Positions 36,089 to 48,704 of a stretch of DNA of 64,000 nt are shown here, piece by piece (the stretch's first letter is position 1; each line of letters begins with the position of its first letter). This stretch comes from Phaeosaccion multiseriatum (taxonomy: Eukaryota; Protista; Ochrophyta, other classes). The position numbers were made by a program, and so were the translations under genes. Where the stretch lies: the NCBI GenBank assembly GCA_965112735.1, contig OZ218951.1:2108001-2172000 (forward strand). Direction: 5' to 3'. The notes under the pieces were generated by a model. The model had not been told where the DNA came from, made no database searches, and saw nothing but the letters and a program-made list of their open reading frames with translations.

Positions 36089-38743
36089 ATCTCCTGCGCC
36101 ACTCACTCCTCCTCCTTCTCGTTCCCCTCCTCCTCCCTCGCTGTCGTCCCCCTTCTCTGCCCCCCCTGGTGAGGCTATACCCCCCCCACCCCCTCGTCCT
36201 ACTGCTGCTGTATCACCAACCGCTTCCGCTGCTGCCCCCGCTGCCCTGACCCCCTCTTCTGATGCTGCTCCCGCCCCCCCCCCCACCACCCTCCCTCTCC
36301 CCGTCCCGGCGAGCCCGGTCTGCTCGGCCCCGATCGGTGGCAACAGCGGTGGCAAATACACATACGCAGACAACAAGTCGCCCCTGGCCCAAGTCCATCC
36401 GTGCTCCTTCTTGAGATACGGCCACAGAAAGTGGAAACCGTAGTCACATTGCAGAATAGCGCGCACATTGGCCGCTTCTTGACTGCGGCGTCGGTCCTCT
36501 TGCACTTCGTACGGGTAGCAAAATGACACTTCAGCGGTCGGTCGGGCCTCCTCCTCCTTCTTATTCTTCTTCATCTTCTTCTCCTTCTCCTCCTTCCTCT
36601 TCTTTTCCCTCTTCTTCTTCTTCTCCTCCTCCTCCTTTTGCTTTCGCTCTGCCTCTTCCTTCTTCTTTTTCTTGTTCCTCGCCTCCTCCTTGTCCTCCTC
36701 TTCCTCCCTCTTCCTCTTCTTGTCCTCCACCTCCTTCTCCTCCTCCTCTCGCATGGTCTCTTCCTGCTCATCGAAATTTCTCTCTATTTCCCTCTCGCGC
36801 TCAATCTCCCGCTCCTTCTGAGACCAAGATTCCTCCTCCTCCTCCTCCTCCTCCTCCTCCTCTCTCGTCACACCCTCATCCGCATGCCGCTTCTTCTCAA
36901 CCACCTTCGCCTTTACCGCCATCTCCCTCTGCTTCCTCTCCTTCTCCGCCTCATTACGAGCATCCTCCACCTTGTGCCTGAGCTTTGCAGTGTCCAACAC
37001 GTGCTGCCGCAGCTCCTCCTCGCCGTAGAAGAGACTCACTCCTTCCACGAGGTTCCCTCCATCCCTCGCGTCCTTGCTCTCCCATGGCTCAGACACCAAA
37101 TGCTCGGGAAAGTAGGCGTAGTTGGCCCGCAGCCGCTCAGTCCTGCTAGTCCCCGTGGGTCTCGAACTGAAGCCAATGGCCGAGCAGATATCCTTGATAC
37201 TCACGGTCAGAAGGTACTCGCTGTCTACGGTGCTCAGCACACGTCCCCCCCGGCGCTTCCTCACCCTGCCCTTTCCCGGGCGCTCCAGCAGCGCGTCAGA
37301 AGGGGCCTCACCACTTTCCTTCCCCCTAGACCTGGTCTTCCTCCGCAGCTGCTGCTCCCACTGCTGTTGTAGATGTAACTGTTGCTGTAGATGTAACTGT
37401 TGCTTATGCCGCTGCTGTGGCCGATCACCTACCTCCGGCTCCTCCTTCGTGCTTGCCGTCGTATGGACTTCCTTCACCGCTTCATCACCTGTCGGCCCCT
37501 CCCCCTCATCCCCCCCCCCCCCCCGCCCCTCCTCCTCCTCCTCCTCCTCCTCCTCCTCTTCCCCTCCTCCCCCCTCCTGCTCCTGCGGCTCCCGACACTT
37601 GGACGATGTTGACAGAGGCGATCCTCCTCCTTCCCCTCCTCGCACTTGCGGTGCTTTTACTGGTGTCGCCACTACTGTTGCTGCTCGTGCTGGTGGTGGT
37701 GTTGCTGGTGTTGCTACTCTTACTACAGCCGCTGTTACTACTAGTGGTGGTGCTGCTGGTGTCGCTGCTGCTGTGGCGGCGGCGGTGGCTGTTGCTTGTC
37801 CTGCTTCTCCTGGCGTTGCTGGCGTTGCTGGTGCAACAGCTGCTGCCGCCGCCTCCTCCCCGTCAAACCTACTCCTGAGCGCGGCCGTCCCCACCACATG
37901 CCGGAGAAACGCTTCCTCCCCAAAGAAGAGCGTCTCGCCCTCCACAGCCCCTCTCTCCCCCAGGACCCCCGGCATGAAAGCGAGGGGGGCATCCGCATCG
38001 TCGCTGCCGAGAGAGTGGCGCGTGCATGCCCAATCACAGGCCTGTGCGACCTCGCCCGCGCCCAGAGTGTCCCTCAAGTACGAGAGGAGCCGACGGTCCC
38101 TTCCCTCCTTCTTGGCCTGCTTGGCGACGATACGCACCAGCTCTCTCAGAGTTGGGGTGGTGCTACTACTGCTGGTACAGCTGCTGCTGGTCTTGCTGTT
38201 GCTCTTGCTGCTGGCCTTCTTTCCTCGAGCGGGAGTCACTACTCTTTGCTCGCCGCTGCTCCTGCTGCTGCTGCTACTGCTACTGCTACTGCTCCTGCTA
38301 TTCCCTGTCCCCAGGCTAAGACAATGCCGGATGACGGACTCCTCCGTCGTGTGCCTTTTTTTGGTCGGAGTACCGCCTTCCCCTTTATACATGTGGGTGT
38401 ACATAGGCCTTCTGTCCATCCCCTGCTCCGCTTTCCAGCCGAACTTACGCAGCTGCGGCCAGAGGTGGGTCGTGAAGGGCGCCGCGGATGGAGGTCGGTA
38501 CGGGTCATCGGAATCGTCCTCGTCATCGTCCTCATCATCCTCGTCTCTTCTCACGGCATCGTTGGGCATAGTCAGAAGAAAGCGCACCATCTCTTCATCA
38601 TCATCACTATCGTCGTCATCTTTTTTGGACATAGTCTTATGGTCGCGTCGTCGAGGCATTGGAGCAGGAGGGGCCGCCCAAGCCCTTCCCGGCTGCCCAC
38701 TCCCTCCTCCCCTCACTCGCGCAACCGGCGTCGAAAGATCCAT
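31095..38743 (-). CDS. ORC2: Origin recognition complex subunit 2 with a long N-terminal extension
   Basis: ORC2 motifs: SVLLHGFGSKKQLL, LYLVVHNIDG..LR, HIHLIASVDHVNAAFLWD, TFAPYDAE, GLEYVLQSLT, LVELKDH. Phase-compatible exons 38743-35420, 34958-34777, 34400-34108, 33873-33593, then ~33372-33279, ~33036-32851, ~32680-32600 and ~32327-31095. Linkage of the 3.3 kb first exon is inferred from splice phase. Confidence 0.85.
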
Positions 38744-38973
38744 AATCTCTCTGATCCCTTCACAGAATGCACCCACCCCCCCCTTCTCCTTGTCCCAACA
38801 ACTACAAGGGAAGGAAGGCCAAGTCCCCCCCCCCCAAATCAATCCCAATTCCACTCTCTGGAGCACCAACATGCAAATCTCCTGAATCCCCACTGCTTCC
38901 CTTTATGGTTGGATTACAGGGGCACGCACAACAAGAAAGTAAAGTACATGCAGACACTGCCGGTAGGGCGGGG

Positions 38974-41902
38974 ATGGAAGGTAAGAGGAGGCGACGGAAG
39001 TATAGCAGGAAGAGGCGGGCTTGTCGAAGGAAAGGATCCCTACGGATCTGTAAAGCACTCTCCCCATCTTTCTCTTTTTTGTCTTGTTCACCGCTGCTGC
39101 TGCCCGCTGTGCTTCGTCCTCCATCGTTCACAGAACCCCGCCAAAGCCTGAAAACACTGGCAGACGGCCAGAGCCTCAGCCAGCAGCTCTTGGTAATTTG
39201 TAACCACGGCGACTGCGAAGTGGAGACCGTGCGAGTGCTTCTCGACAAAGGAGCCCTCGTCGACGCGGTTGAGGGTCCAGAAGGAAGCCTGGGCGGCAGC
39301 AGCAATGGCAACGGCAGCAGTAGCAACAACAGCAGTTTGGCTGGTCGCACGCCGCTGCATTTTGCTGCGGAGAGGGGTGAGGTGCTGACGGCCTCTTTGC
39401 TCGTAGACCGAGGAGCCAACGCCAACGCCCTAACGGCGGCCAAGGAGTCACCCCTCCATCTTGCGTCCTGCAGTGGACACTTGGCAATGGTCAATCTGCT
39501 TCTCGAGGTGGGTCGAGCGGATGCATCGGCCCTTGATAAGAACGGCTGGAGTGCCTTGCATGGGGCCGCTTTCTTTGGGCATTTAGACGTGGCACGCGCC
39601 CTCCTCCAGCGAGGGGCGGTGGTGGACTCATTTGATTTCAAGTACCGCTGGAGCCCTCTCTTCTTCGCGGTGTGGGCAGGGCACTTTGGCGTGGCCTCTC
39701 TGCTTCTCAGCGACCACGCCCCCACCCAACCTCCAAACGTGGTGCCGAGCGAACTGAGTAGTGAAGGCTTGACTCAGAGCACGTGGATGGGCACGAAAAG
39801 CAGAGAGGGGGACACAACGGTAGATACAGCAGCAGCAACAGTAGCAACAGTAGCAGCAGCGGCGGCAGGAGGAGCAGAAGCGGGCAGAGGAGGGGGAGGA
39901 GCTCAAATTGGGGTAGAGGAAGGAGGGGTGGTGGCTGGCGACACGGGCAAGAAGGCGAACATACACGCCAGAGACAGCCGCGACTGGACATGCTTGCATT
40001 GGGCGTGCGCGAACGGAAAGACGGAGACGGTGGGCTTCCTCCTTCAGAGGGGGGCCAAAGTGCGTGATGCGACGGAGGAGGAGGAAGAGGAGAAGAAGGA
40101 GGAGAAGGAGAACAGTCACTCCCCCCCCTCCTCACGGACCGCAGCGGGTAGTATCGTGGACCTGACCGACACCGCTTCTTGCCGTCCGCTGCCTTCCCTG
40201 AGCCCTCTCCACCTCGCGGCCCAAAGCGGCCATGAGAAGACGGTGGCGCTGCTTCTACGCAAGGGAGGCGACGTCGACGCACGCTCTCCGCTGGGCCGCT
40301 GGACAGCTCTGCACTATGGTGAGCCCTCTCTCGATCTCGATCTCGATCTCGATCTCGATATGTCTCTATCCATCTCTCTCTCTCTCTCCCGCTACGTCTT
40401 GTCGCTCGCGTTTCGACTCGTCTGACGTTGCTTGCCTTCTCTCTCCCACGCCCCCTTCCTCTCCTCGCCCTACCCCCAAACCCTTCCTCAAGCGGCGTTT
40501 AATGGCCACACCAACGTGGCGCAAGTCCTCCTCAGCGAAGGGGCAAGAGTCAACAGCCGATGTGACCAAGGCGCCATGGCACACACGATGAGGGGGGGAA
40601 CAAACAAGACCGATGGAGGAGGCTCTTCCTCCTCCTCCTCCTCCTCCTACTCTGAGGAAGACGATGGCACAACCCCCCTCCACCTGGCCTGTCGACACGT
40701 GAGAAGCCTGTTCACAGCGGCACTCCTCATCGACAATGGTGCTGCCGTTAACGCGAGGGACTCTCGCGGAAGGACTCCACTGGCCATGGCAAGTTGGTAC
40801 GGGGTGACCGAGCTTGTAGAGCTGCTCATCGGTAGGGGGGCGGACGTAGAGGCAAGGTGTGTGGGGGATACGGAGGACTACGCCTCAGAAGAGGGGCCAG
40901 AGGGACCGGGAGGGACGAGGGGATGGCAGTGGATGGGGGGGCGGGAAGGAAGAGAAGGAGGAGCAGCAGCAGGAGGAGGAGGAGGAGGAAGAGGAGGAGA
41001 AGGAGGAGGAGGAGGAGGAGGAGGAGGAGGAGGAGAAGGAGGAGGAGGAGGAGGAGGAGGAGGAGGAGGAGGAGGAGGATCAGGAGGAGGAGGAGGAGGA
41101 GGAGGAGGAGGAGGAGGAGGAGAGACTCCGCTGCATCGTGCGGTCGCCAAGGGCCACCGCGCCACCGTTGCCATGCTCGTGGGCCAGGGGGGGGCTGACG
41201 TGCTGTCTCGGGATGGGAAGGGAAGAACGGCCGGGCACAGGGCGGCGGAGAATGGACATTGGAGGACTATGGCTCAACTTCTAGGGATCATGAGGGGTAC
41301 CATTCCAACGGGATGGCGGCCCGAGCAAGAGGAGGGGCGCAAGGCGAGGCTGCTGGCGGCGGTCGACTCGGGGGGTAACACACCGCTGCACCTTGCCTGT
41401 CGGGGGGGGCACGCAGTGATGGTGGCTGGGCTTGTGGGGCAGGGGGCGGGGGTGCGGGCTGTCAACAAAATGCAGGCGACTCCGGTGCGTTTGTACAGTA
41501 AGTCAAAGTGGGAGGGTGGGGTGGCAGCGGCAGTCATATGGGCAGCGGCAGCCTGTTGCACCTGTGTGGGGGACAGGAGAAGGAGGAGCATGAGCGAGAG
41601 GCACCAGGCCAAGCAGGCAGGGGAAACAACAGGCAGGGACAACAGGCAGGGACGGGCAGACTTGCTTTGTTGGTATCGTAGACCCCCTCCTACTCCCGGT
41701 TCTTGCGTGTCTTCCTTCCCCTCTGAGCCCCTCCTTCTCTCTCCCCCCCCCTCCCCTTCCCCAGCTCCTCTGTGCGGCGGAGGGAGGGCACGTGACGGCG
41801 GCCGCTGTGCTCCTTCCCCCCCAGGGAAACGAAGACCCCAACACTGCCAACGCCTCGGGGTGGACTCCGCTGCATGGAGCGAGTTTCAATGTGAGTTGGT
41901 TG

Positions 41903-41934
<32 letters not shown>

Positions 41935-44054
41935 GTTGGTTGGTTGGTTGGTTGGTCGGTTGGTTTCGCCGAACTATTATCTGACGCGGCCTCGTGCTCT
42001 CTTTCCTGCGCCTCTGATTCCCGCCGCTCACTACACTGCCGCTCTCCTCTCTCTCCATCTCACCCTCACTCTCGGTCGTCTTCTCTCTCACTCCCTCTCC
42101 CTCTCGCTCGGTCGTCTCTCTCTCTCCCTCTGTCCCCGCTCTGCTGCCATCGTTTGGCGGACTCTGCGGTGCTCTGTTGTATCACCAACTGTTGCTCTGC
42201 CGATACCTCTGTCTCTGGCCTCTTGTTAGGGACATCCGAAAATGGTGAGTGAGCGCGCCGTGTGTGTGTGTGAATCGCTTTATGTTTGTTGGGTGGGGAA
42301 AAAAGGCAAGGGCTAGCAGCAGCCCAGTCAGCTCCATTGAACGTGTGCCGTTTTGTCCACCAAAGGAGTGCTATGGATCGATAATCCTCGCCGGCCTTCT
42401 CTGCTACCGAGCTACAATGTAGCTGCAGAAACCAACCCCACCCCCCTCCTCCTCTTCATCCCACAGCACGTGTCATTCCTTCTCCCCATTCACGTCGTAG
42501 CACTGACCCCCCCCCCCCCCCCCCCAAACCCTCTCTCACTCCTTCCCTCCCTCCTCAGGTTGCTCTGCTCATCAGCCAAGGCGCGTTGGTGAACCGCAAA
42601 GACAGCGATAGCGTCGCCAGCCTGCACGCCGCGGCCTTCCAGGGCCACGAGGCAGTCGTCCGTCTCTTGGGGCAAAGAGGGGCCGACCTTTCCAGCGCTG
42701 ATAAGGACCAGAGCACCGCCTTACACATCGCCGCTTATGCAGGCAAGGATGAGTGCGTCAATGCGCTTCTCGACTTGGGGAGTGATATAGACGCCCGCAA
42801 CAGCCATCAATGGACTCCTTGTCATGGGGCGGCGGAGCGAGGTCTGGCAGGAACGGTGGCGCTGCTGGTGGAGCGGGGGGCGGAGAAGGATTGTGTGGAC
42901 ACGGGGGGGCGCACTCCACTGCACTGGGCAGCGCTGCACGGCCACACGGAGACGGTGCGATGCCTCCTCGATAAGGGGTACGTGACCAGTACGTAAGGCT
43001 TACGTAAGGCTTAGGTTAGACAGGACAACGGGGCAGGGTCAGGGGCAGGGAGGGGCACATACTCTTTTTGTCTGTCGGGTTTCGGGTGCCTGGTGTCGGG
43101 TGCCTGGTGTCGGGTGCCTGGTGTCGGGTGCCTGGTGTCGGGTGCCTGGTGTCGGGTGCCTGGTGTCGGGTGCCTGGTGTCGGGTGCCGGCGCCTTGTGC
43201 CCTGTCCACCCCGTCTATCTGACTGTTGCTATTTGGCGCTCGGATGTGCGCCTCTCCCTCTCTCTCTCGCCTTCTCTCGTCTCTCTCTGCTCTCCCCTCC
43301 TTTCCTCCCTCTCTCCTCTCCTGTCCTCTTCTCTCCTCTCCCCTCCCTTCCCCTCCCTTCCCCTCCCCTCCCCTCCCCTCACACCTCGCACCTATGGAAC
43401 TGGCGTCTCGCACCGCGGTCTGTTCTGATCCCTCCTCTTACGCTTTTTTTGTGTCTCTTTCTCTCTTCACTTCACGACGTGGAAAAGCTTCCCATGCCAT
43501 GCCCACCTCTCTCCCCTCTTTCCTCTCCCCACCCCTCCTCTCAATATGCCTCTCATATGCCTCCGTATGCCTCTCACATGCCTCTCATATGCTTCTCATA
43601 TACCTCTCATATGTCTGCCGTATCCCTCTCATATTGCCTCTCATATGCTTCTCATACTGTATGCCTCTCATGTGTCTGCCATATACCTCTCATACTGCGT
43701 CTCATGTACCTCTCATATGCCCCCCATATGCCTCTCACATGCCTCTCACATGCCTCTCATACGCCTCTCATATGCCTCTCATACGCCTCTCATACGCCTC
43801 TCATATGCCTCTCATATGCCTCTCATATGCCCCCCATATGCCTCTCACATGCCTCTCATATGCCTCTCTTATGCCTCTCATATGCCTCTCATATGCCTCT
43901 CCCGTCCCCTCTCCCCCCCCCCCTCAGCTCACTGGCGAGCTCCCCCGATGCGCAAGGCATGACCCCCCTGGACCTTGCGTCCTCCCGGGGGTTGCGCGCC
44001 ACTCGAGCCCTCCTCGAGAGCAGAGGCGCCACAAAGCGGAAACACAACACATGA
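38974..44054 (+). CDS. Multi-exon ankyrin-repeat protein (single copy)
   Basis: ATG GAA G|gtaaga spliced to cacag|AACCCCGC gives MEEPRQSL. Many ankyrin motifs (GRTPLHFAA, GWSALHGAA, GNTPLHLAC, GRTPLHWAA, GMTPLDLAS) across ORFs 38767..40425, 40432..42252, 42586..42996 and a last exon ending 44054. Divergent from ORC2 by ~230 bp. Confidence 0.8.
43083..43190. repeat. 14-bp intronic minisatellite (CGGGTGCCTGGTGT)n
   Basis: About 7 perfect tandem units are visible. Confidence 0.9.
43525..43900. repeat. 11-bp intronic minisatellite (CATATGCCTCT)n
   Basis: Many degenerate tandem units upstream of the last ankyrin exon. Confidence 0.9.
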
Positions 44055-44722
44055 CACACACACACTCCCTATGTAAGAGCACGTAATACCCACCCGAAAT
44101 ATTATGTGCTAGTACGTAAGTACCATGTCCAGGATTGTGGTTGCCGGGCCAAGTGATAATGGACATGTGTGTGTGTGTGTGTGCGCGCGCGTTGGATCGC
44201 CTGGTCATCCCAGCATTTTTTCTTTTCTTTCTTACAGCAAAAACACTAACGTGGCCGGATGAAGTAAAGCCCCAGGGGAAAAGGGAGAGGGTCGAGGCGC
44301 GAAGTAAGCAGTAAGTACTGCGTTTGTTGTTGTTGTTGTTGTTGTTGTTGTTTTAAGTCTTATTTTTTATTTAAAAAATACTACGTAAGTCTTATTTATG
44401 ACCATGGTTATATATGTACAAACAAAGGTGTTTTGTTCGATAGTAGGACACAGACTTTCTGCACCGTCGCACACACACGCACCCACAGAGGAGAGAGACG
44501 AGGGAGAGGGAGAGGGAGATACAGAGAGAGGGAGAGGGAGACAGAGGGAGAGTGGGAGCGAGAGAAAAAAGCGAGACAGACACAGATAAGAGAACGAGAG
44601 GGAGAGAGAGAGAGAAAGAGAACAACGCGAGGGAGACACGGAGAAGAAAGCGAAAGAGAGAGAGAGAGAGAGAAAGAGACATACGGGGGGGGGGGGTGCT
44701 CACAGAACAGAACCTGATTTGC

Positions 44723-45260
44723 TCACAGAATCCGATCCGCTCTTGTGTCCGGAAAGGCATTGGCCGGAAAGTTGGGGTTGTATATCTGTCCCCCAATCAC
44801 GTTGGGTGGTTCCTTCTTCTTCTTCTTCTTCTTGTTCTTCTTCTGAAGGGCCTTTTTGACGGAGTAGCTAATGCTACCTTCGCTCTGGTTGCTGCCAGCC
44901 GCATTCGCCGCCGCCCTTCGTGCCGCTTCCTCCTCCCTCTCGTTCTGCTTCAGCTGGGCCTTTTGCAGTTTTCTTAGCTGCTTGGCCTGCTCATTGGCAC
45001 TCACGGCTGCCCCCTTCTGAATCTCCTTGTCCACCTCCTCTATTTCGTAAGCGTACTTCTCCTTGTAGTTTTTGGCCCTCGGTCCGTGCTCGTACTCGTC
45101 ATCACTGTCCACCTCCAGCACGTCGTCAAGGTACCAGTGGTGGGAGGGCTCCGGCACTTTGGGGATCACCACGGGGGGAGGGGGGACGGGGGGCGGCTTT
45201 CGCAGCAGCCACGCGATGAAGCTGAGGGAGGAGGAAGGAGGGGGTTGACGTGGTGTTGCC

Positions 45261-45302
<42 letters not shown>

Positions 45303-46216
45303 CGTGGGGTGTGTGTGTGTTGAAGTCGGGGGGGGGGGGGGGGTAGGGCGGAGGATGAATGCATGTGTATCGCAATGGAACGATGGATTGAGGTGAGGTC
45401 TTGCGTGCCCCAGGGCAGCATCGAAGCAAGTGGCATCCCAGCTGCTTTCTATCTGCCTGTTGTGTCTCGTGTGTGAGTAGCCGTCCACAGTAAGGAAACT
45501 GTAGGAAATCCCTCTCAAGGTAAGAGAGAGACGGAGTGAAAGCTGCGGATGATAAGAGCTCTCTGAGGCAGCACAGGGGGGACGACAGCGTCCACAGCGC
45601 GAGAGTGGCACCCACTCACTCACTCACCCACTCCCTCACCCACTCACCGCCGTCGCTTGACATTGAACGGCACCCAGCAGAACCTGAACGCACAGGATAG
45701 AACTGACGTGGTATCGTCGAGACCAGGTGACAGAGCAGAGCCAAAGGATAGCGGGAGTGTGTGCGGGGGGGGCAAGGGCGGGGCTGTGAGAGCTTGGGTG
45801 ACACGGGTAGGGGAATCTGTGTGGGAAAGAAGTATGGTCCTGATACTATAGTGAGGTGGGCGAGCAGCCCCACGAGGCGCCCTCCATCCAACATAATACC
45901 CCAGCTCTCTTCGTATACCCACATGTGGCAAGGCCAGTGTCTCCCCTCCTGCCCATCCCCCACACATACTTCTCATTCTCATGCGTACGTCCGTGGCCAG
46001 CGACTTACCGCATAATCCAGCGGCGATAATAGCGAACCATGTGGCGAGTGTCAGACTCGAAGTCCCACTGAGTTTTGGAGTCTCTTGGAGCCTTCTGCTC
46101 CCATCCAAGGAGCGTTGCTCGCCTTCCGCTCCAAACACATGTGCATTGAAGAGCCTCACCGCCCGCATCACACGAGCGGCGCCGTCTATCCGGGAAGAGT
46201 CTACCCTATACTCCAT
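44723..46216 (-). CDS. Hypothetical single-pass membrane protein
   Basis: Three phase-compatible exons give ...SRRLQETPKLSGTSSLTLATWFAIIAAGLC-VLSCAFRFCWVPFNVKRR-RFIAWLLRKPPPVPPPP... followed by a charged coiled-coil tail. Start and last exon are uncertain. Confidence 0.55.
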
Positions 46217-46573
46217 GGCGGTGCACACTCTCCTCCACTCGCTCTCCCTCTTTTGTCAAGGGGAAAGCTGAGCTTCTCGGAAGAGGCCGGGCTTTGTCTT
46301 CCCTTCACCTCCGCACGAGACTCTGGTTAGCCCTCCTCCCCCCCAACCCTCTTCCTCTCCTTTCAGTTCCTGTGTATGGCCTTTAAACCCTTCTCTGCCC
46401 CGTGTGTGGGGGTGGGTGAGGCCTGTTTTTCATTTCGATAATCCGTCCGCGTTCTGAGGATTTGCCAGTTTCAGTTTGAGCTTTGCAGATTTGAGTGGCT
46501 GCAACTGGAACTCCAAACTTTCCGTTAGGTCGCGAATACGCCCGAGACAAAGGACGACAAAGAAAAAGTAGAA

Positions 46574-48601
46574 ATGAGCTCTCTCCTGAAGCGGAGCTTC
46601 TCCCGAGGCAGCCTCAACAAGGAGGGAGGGAGCTCGGAGGGGGGAGGAGATAGCTCGGGCAGCGGACCCGTGGACTTGTCCGTTTCTACGGCGGCTCCTG
46701 AAGATCTAGCAGACGGTGCTGGGGCGAGTGACAGCAGCCCGAGTGGAGCAGGGTTCCTCAGCCGCTTCAAGCGAGGGGGAGGGGGAAGAGGTAGGAGCCA
46801 CTCAGGCAAGTGAGGGTGTGGAGAGGGGAGAGAGCGACCGAAAGATGTCTAATTAACCGTCCTGGACTGGCTGACTTCACTCTGCAGGCGCTTCTTCAGC
46901 TGGAAGCAGTCCGTCCCACTCCACCGAGCGAGTCGCGGTGACCCCCCCCTCCAGCAGCACTGCGCCGGGGGGTGACCCAAGTGGCTGGAAGGGCATGCTG
47001 GGCAGTCCCAAGGCCGAGTGGTGGGGCACTCTGACGAAGAAGAAGAGGAAGAAGGGGAAGAAGAGAGGGCAAGGAGAGGAGACCAGTGAGGGAGAGGGAG
47101 GCAGTGTTGGTGGTTCGGAAGACGGGCTTGGTGGTGGTAGTACTCGTGGCGGGAGAGGAAGAGCGAAGAGCAGAAAAGCCGGCAGCCGGCAGGCCCAGGA
47201 AGAAGAAGCTTCGGAGGACGATCGAGGGTATGATGGGAATGCCGAAATGTCTCCCTCGCCATCTCCTTCGGCCGAGCGCCAGAGGAAGAAGGTGGGAAGC
47301 CTCGAAGAGAAAGGGGGAGCGCAGGAGAGGGACGAGGTCGGCGGGCAGGCCGGCACCTGTCTTCCTCTCTCTCATATCCTCTAGGATGCCGGTCCTCTAT
47401 GTTCGGTGTCTAGCTTTCTCTCTCTCCTCTCACACACCCTCTCTGTCTTCCCCTCCCTCTCCCCTCTCCTTTCTTTCTCCCCCCCCGACCTCCCATCCCC
47501 TTCTCCCTCTCTCCCCACCACTCGCCTCCGCTCCCCTCCAACTTGCGTTTCAGTTCGGCTTGCCATCCGCTGAGGGGGCGTCTAAAGGCTGGCAGGCAGC
47601 TTGTTCAATGGGCTCCCACCAAATCGCCAAGATGAGGGCCTTCAGCACCACACACGGCAAAGAGCTCACCCCCAGAAGTGTTACGGGTGAGTGTAGTGTG
47701 AGTACAGGCTTCTCCAGCACCACTCAATCTTCCTCTCTTGTCTCTCTAGCTAGCTAATCCCCCCTTTCCCTCTCTCCCCTGCTGCATGCTGCCTCTCGTC
47801 GCCCCTCCCCCCCTCCCTCCCACCCTCCCCCAACGGATCTTTCGATCATGTTCAGTCCTGAGCCGGCCTGCCTCCTTCAGCCGCTCCCCCTCCCCCTCGC
47901 CATCGCCTTCTGCCGCCTCTCGCCACCCCCTCTCAAAGTTCAAGAAGCGCTCGTCCTTCTCCTCTTCCTCAAAGAAGAAGAATGCCGCCGCCGCCGCCGC
48001 CGCTGCTGCTGCTGCTACTGCTGTTGCTGGCGAGAAGGCGGAGGGAGGAGGAGCGAGACAAGGCGAGGAGGAGTTACGATCCTTCCGAAGGCGGGCAAGC
48101 GCTGCTTCTCCTCCCTCCACGCCCACGCCGATCCGCTCCTTTGCGGGGGGGCGCGAGGAGGAGGAGGAGGAGGAGGAGGAGGAGGAGGAGGGAAACTACA
48201 CCAGTATGGACGATGCGGCAGCAAGAGGAGGGGGTGCAAGGAGGGTAAGCACCAGGGAAGGAGCGCGTGGCAACCCCCAGCTCTACCTCTCTCCCCGCAG
48301 CAGCCCCACCTCAGGTTAGAACATGTGTCCCTTCGGAAACCTTTTGCTGTCGGACATGGCGGGGGCTCATGGGGTGGCGTGCTTGGTCCACGCTTCTTCA
48401 CGCCTCCTTTCCACGCGTGGTTCGCTATACGGACAGACTACGATAGTTGCACATAGCTGTGTGGAGCTCACTGCTATTGGTGTACATGCATACACACACA
48501 CTCTCCTAGAGAGACTATTGGAAAGGGCTAGGAAAGGGTTCTCGACGTTTGGGCCTCCCCTTTGACACCCATTTACCCCCCCTTGACATGCAACGTCCCA
48601 A

Positions 48602-48633
<32 letters not shown>

Positions 48634-48660
48634 GTCTCTCTCTGTCTGTCTCTCTCTCTG

Positions 48661-48704
<44 letters not shown>

